Origin: Klebsormidium nitens
Taxonomy: Eukaryota; Plantae; Klebsormidiophyceae
Reading direction: 5' to 3'
Length of the DNA stretch: 64,000 nt
Assembly: GCA_000708835.1 (NCBI GenBank)
Contig: DF237006.1
Span: 1 to 64,000, forward strand
Both the position numbers and the translations under genes were made by a program. The notes beneath the pieces are model-generated. The model was not told the origin of the DNA and ran no database searches. It saw nothing but the letters and a program-made list of their open reading frames with translations. Below, piece after piece: positions 61,401 through 64,000 of the stretch. The number at the start of each line of letters is the position of its first letter. Within the stretch, counting starts at the first letter, position 1.

Positions 61401-63799
61401 CAAGCTGCCACCTGGCGGCAGCCCGCTCACCCGCGTGGCGCAGGTGCTGACTGCCACGGCGGCCAACTGGCGCCTCAAGACGCCGGCGGACCCGGACGAG
61501 CTGTACGAGGTGGAGGGGCCGGCGTCCGCAATCCGAGGCAGCAGGAAGATCAAACACACAAACGAGCTCACGTCAGGCCTCACTCCCGCCCCGCTTGATT
61601 ATGGGCATACGTCGTGTTAAAAAATGGGAAAAGAACACGGTGTCTTGGGTTCTGGATGAATCTTCTTGTCTTTTCCTCGTGTCCAACAAATCCAGCGGCC
61701 TACCCTTCCTGATGGGCAGCGGGAAATTGCCCAAGTCTAGAAGTGTTTCGAGATTGCCTCCACTCTGCGCGCAGCCTCTCAGTACGCTTCCGTCGCTTCT
61801 GAAAGCAATTCTCTCGTTCTAATTTATCTGAGCATCTGTGAACCCTTTAGCTTCCTCGTATAGGCTCTGCTGCGGTCTTACGTTTCGCTCTTCTTTCCCG
61901 CGCTGCTTCACCCCCCGACTGACGCTCGTCCCGCTCCCTGTTCGCAGCTTTCTGGACAAGGCGGCCATCGTTCCCGCGGGCGCGGCCGCCCCCGGCGCGC
62001 GCAGCCCGTGGAAGGTGTCCGCGGTGGAGGAGGTGAAGCTGGTCGTCCGGCTGCTGCCCATCTGGGGCACCACCATCGCGTTCAGCACCGTGTACGCGCA
62101 GATGAGCACGCTCTTCGTCGTGCAGGGCGGCACCATGGACACCAGCATGGGGCCGCACTTCAACATCCCCGCAGGTCAGCGCGCGGGCCGCGGCCGGCTC
62201 TAGATTCTGGAGTCTGGTTCGAGCAACTGTTTTCAGGGCCTAATCTGCAGCATACAGGAGTGACGCGCCCTGCGCCTTCTGGTGCCATGCTGCTCGAGAG
62301 TTACTCTGGCCAGACCCCATCACTGCTTCCACCAATGACCGGCCGGCGTAGTGGCCCTTGAGTTTTTCTTAGTCAATTGCACACTCTTATCGAATCTCGA
62401 GAGCGACAAGAAGGGCTTGAGTCACCTTTCTTTTGAGTAACAAGAGCTGATTCGCTCACCTCCTGCTCTCTTTGTGTGGTGCAGCCTCGCTGTCCATCTT
62501 CGACACGCTGTCCGTCATCGTGTGCGTGCCTCTCTACGACGCTCTCTTCGTAAGTCCCCGTTCAACTCCTATCCTCCGACCCCATGCAATCATCATTCAA
62601 GAGCGCTGTCTTCACCAGTTGCGCTATGGTCAGTCCCCTTTCAGGCTTTGCTTGTGTCCGAGGGCACTTCAAACTATCTGCTCAATTGCTCCGGCCGCAT
62701 GTCGCAAGCCATAGCAACTTCCTTGGGTAAGTCCGTGCCGCCTTGAAGTTCGGCTGCACTGTTTGAAGTTTTATTGTACCTGCATGCTCTCGACTTTCCC
62801 TGCGCTCAAACCCCCATTCCCGTTTGCAGGTCCCGATCATGCGGCGCTTCACGGGCAACCCGCGCGGCGTGACGATGACGTGGCGGATGGGCATTGGGCT
62901 GTTCATCAGCTGCCTGTCGATGGCAGCCGCCGCGATCCTGGAGGCGGTGCGGCTGCACGTGGTGCACAGCCGGAACCTGACGGACGTGGACCCGTCCGTG
63001 CAGCCGGTGCCGATCTCCATCTTCTGGCAGATCCCGCAGTACTTCCTCGTGGGAGCCGCCGAGGTCTTCACCTTCATCGGCCAGCTCGAGGTGACGCCCC
63101 CCGCCCAGCCAGGGCCGCCCACTCGGCTCTGCGTTCCAGGAAAAGAAGCTTCCCGTCTCGCAAACGAGTTCCGTGCAAGCAATTCCTCAGATTCCAGTTC
63201 TTCTCTCTCGAGATTCCGTTGCAAACCTACTGCGCTCGCAACCTGTTGCATCGGTTCTCCATTAGCGCCGCGCCCGCAATGGTCTTCTGATCATAAAGTA
63301 AGCCCTTCAGAACAAACCGCCCATCCGATTCTTCCTTTCGCTCTGGCGCCCCCGTGGACCCCCCTCTCCTCGTCTCTTCTCCCCGCAGTTTTTCTACGAC
63401 CAGGCCCCCGACGCGATGCGCTCGCTGGCGTCCGCGCTGTCGCTGACCACGATCGCGCTGGGTAACTACCTCTCGTCGCTGCTGGTCACCATCATCACGT
63501 CCGCCACGCGGCGCGGGGGATCCCCCGGCTGGATCCCGGACAACCTGAACCGGGGCCGCATCGACCTGTTCTTCACCGTGCTGCTCGCGCTGTCCGCCGT
63601 CAACCTGGGGCTGTACGTCCTGGCCGCGCACGCGTACAAGTACAAGCAGGTGCAGGAGATCTACCCCCCTGGAACGGAGGGAGACGACCGCGAAGTGGCG
63701 GAGTTGGACAAGGATGCCGCGCGGCTGGCGGCAGGGTTCAGGGCGCCCCTCCCCCCGCACACGGCGTTCGGGGAGGCGAGTGGAAACGAGGGGAAGTAA
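58405..63799 (+). CDS. NPF8: NRT1/PTR family (NPF, POT) proton-coupled oligopeptide transporter, NPF8/PTR2-like
   Basis: [20 protein letters not shown] (intact ExxER), [77 protein letters not shown] and [13 protein letters not shown]. First exon (58405-58434) is inferred and the subfamily call is tentative. Confidence 0.93.
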
Positions 63800-64000
63800 T
63801 GAGCGCACGCTTTTTGGCTGCATTTTGTAGCCGGGGTCTGCCTGCAGAAAGGTCGTCAAAGAACGCTGAGTTGCAATTTGGGTTCCACTGGTCGAAATCA
63901 TCGTGATAGGTGACGAGAGTGCAAGCGTAAACCGGTTCCTGATTTGGCACTGCGTAGCAGGTGGTCCTGTTTGGGCCTTGTCATAGGTTGTACGAGTAAA

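Noticed and set aside
3428-63950. Hundreds of long R/A/G/P-rich ORFs in the supplied track
   Set aside because: They are antisense or off-frame shadows of GC-rich exons, or read-through into introns. They have no motifs or independent splice structure.
1-64000. CRISPR array, rRNA, snRNA, retroelement or selenoprotein signals
   Set aside because: I saw no repeat-spacer array, rRNA or U-snRNA signature, RT/integrase motif or conserved in-frame TGA.

Overview
Eukaryotic nuclear DNA that is GC-rich, gene-dense and intron-rich. The plant-type gene set (MAA3/SEN1, NPF/PTR, EME1, plant-type C-terminal J-domain protein) together with an outer-dynein-arm docking-type gene suggests a streptophyte alga such as Klebsormidium; this is inference. 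I support 11 spliced protein-coding genes: an uncharacterised conserved protein, a plastid NAD(P)-binding Rossmann protein with an N-terminal 11-mer repeat, a MAA3/SEN1-like helicase, a plastid cofactor-dependent phosphoglycerate mutase, SF3B4, a sodium:solute symporter, ISY1, a CCDC151/ODAD3-like protein, EME1, a J-domain protein and an NPF peptide transporter. There are also several non-autonomous DNA transposons (TA-TSD MITEs and a CAC...GTG element with a 2-bp TSD) and three N-gaps inside GC-rich coding repeats. I found no rRNA, tRNA or CRISPR array. Most ORFs in the supplied track are antisense or off-frame shadows of GC-rich exons. CDS coordinates are start-to-stop gene spans including introns, with exon boundaries inferred by eye. 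The most notable items are a candidate U12-type intron, the 11-mer repeat/Rossmann fusion, twin MITEs in a bidirectional promoter and a duplicated splice donor. I found no clearly new multi-gene system.
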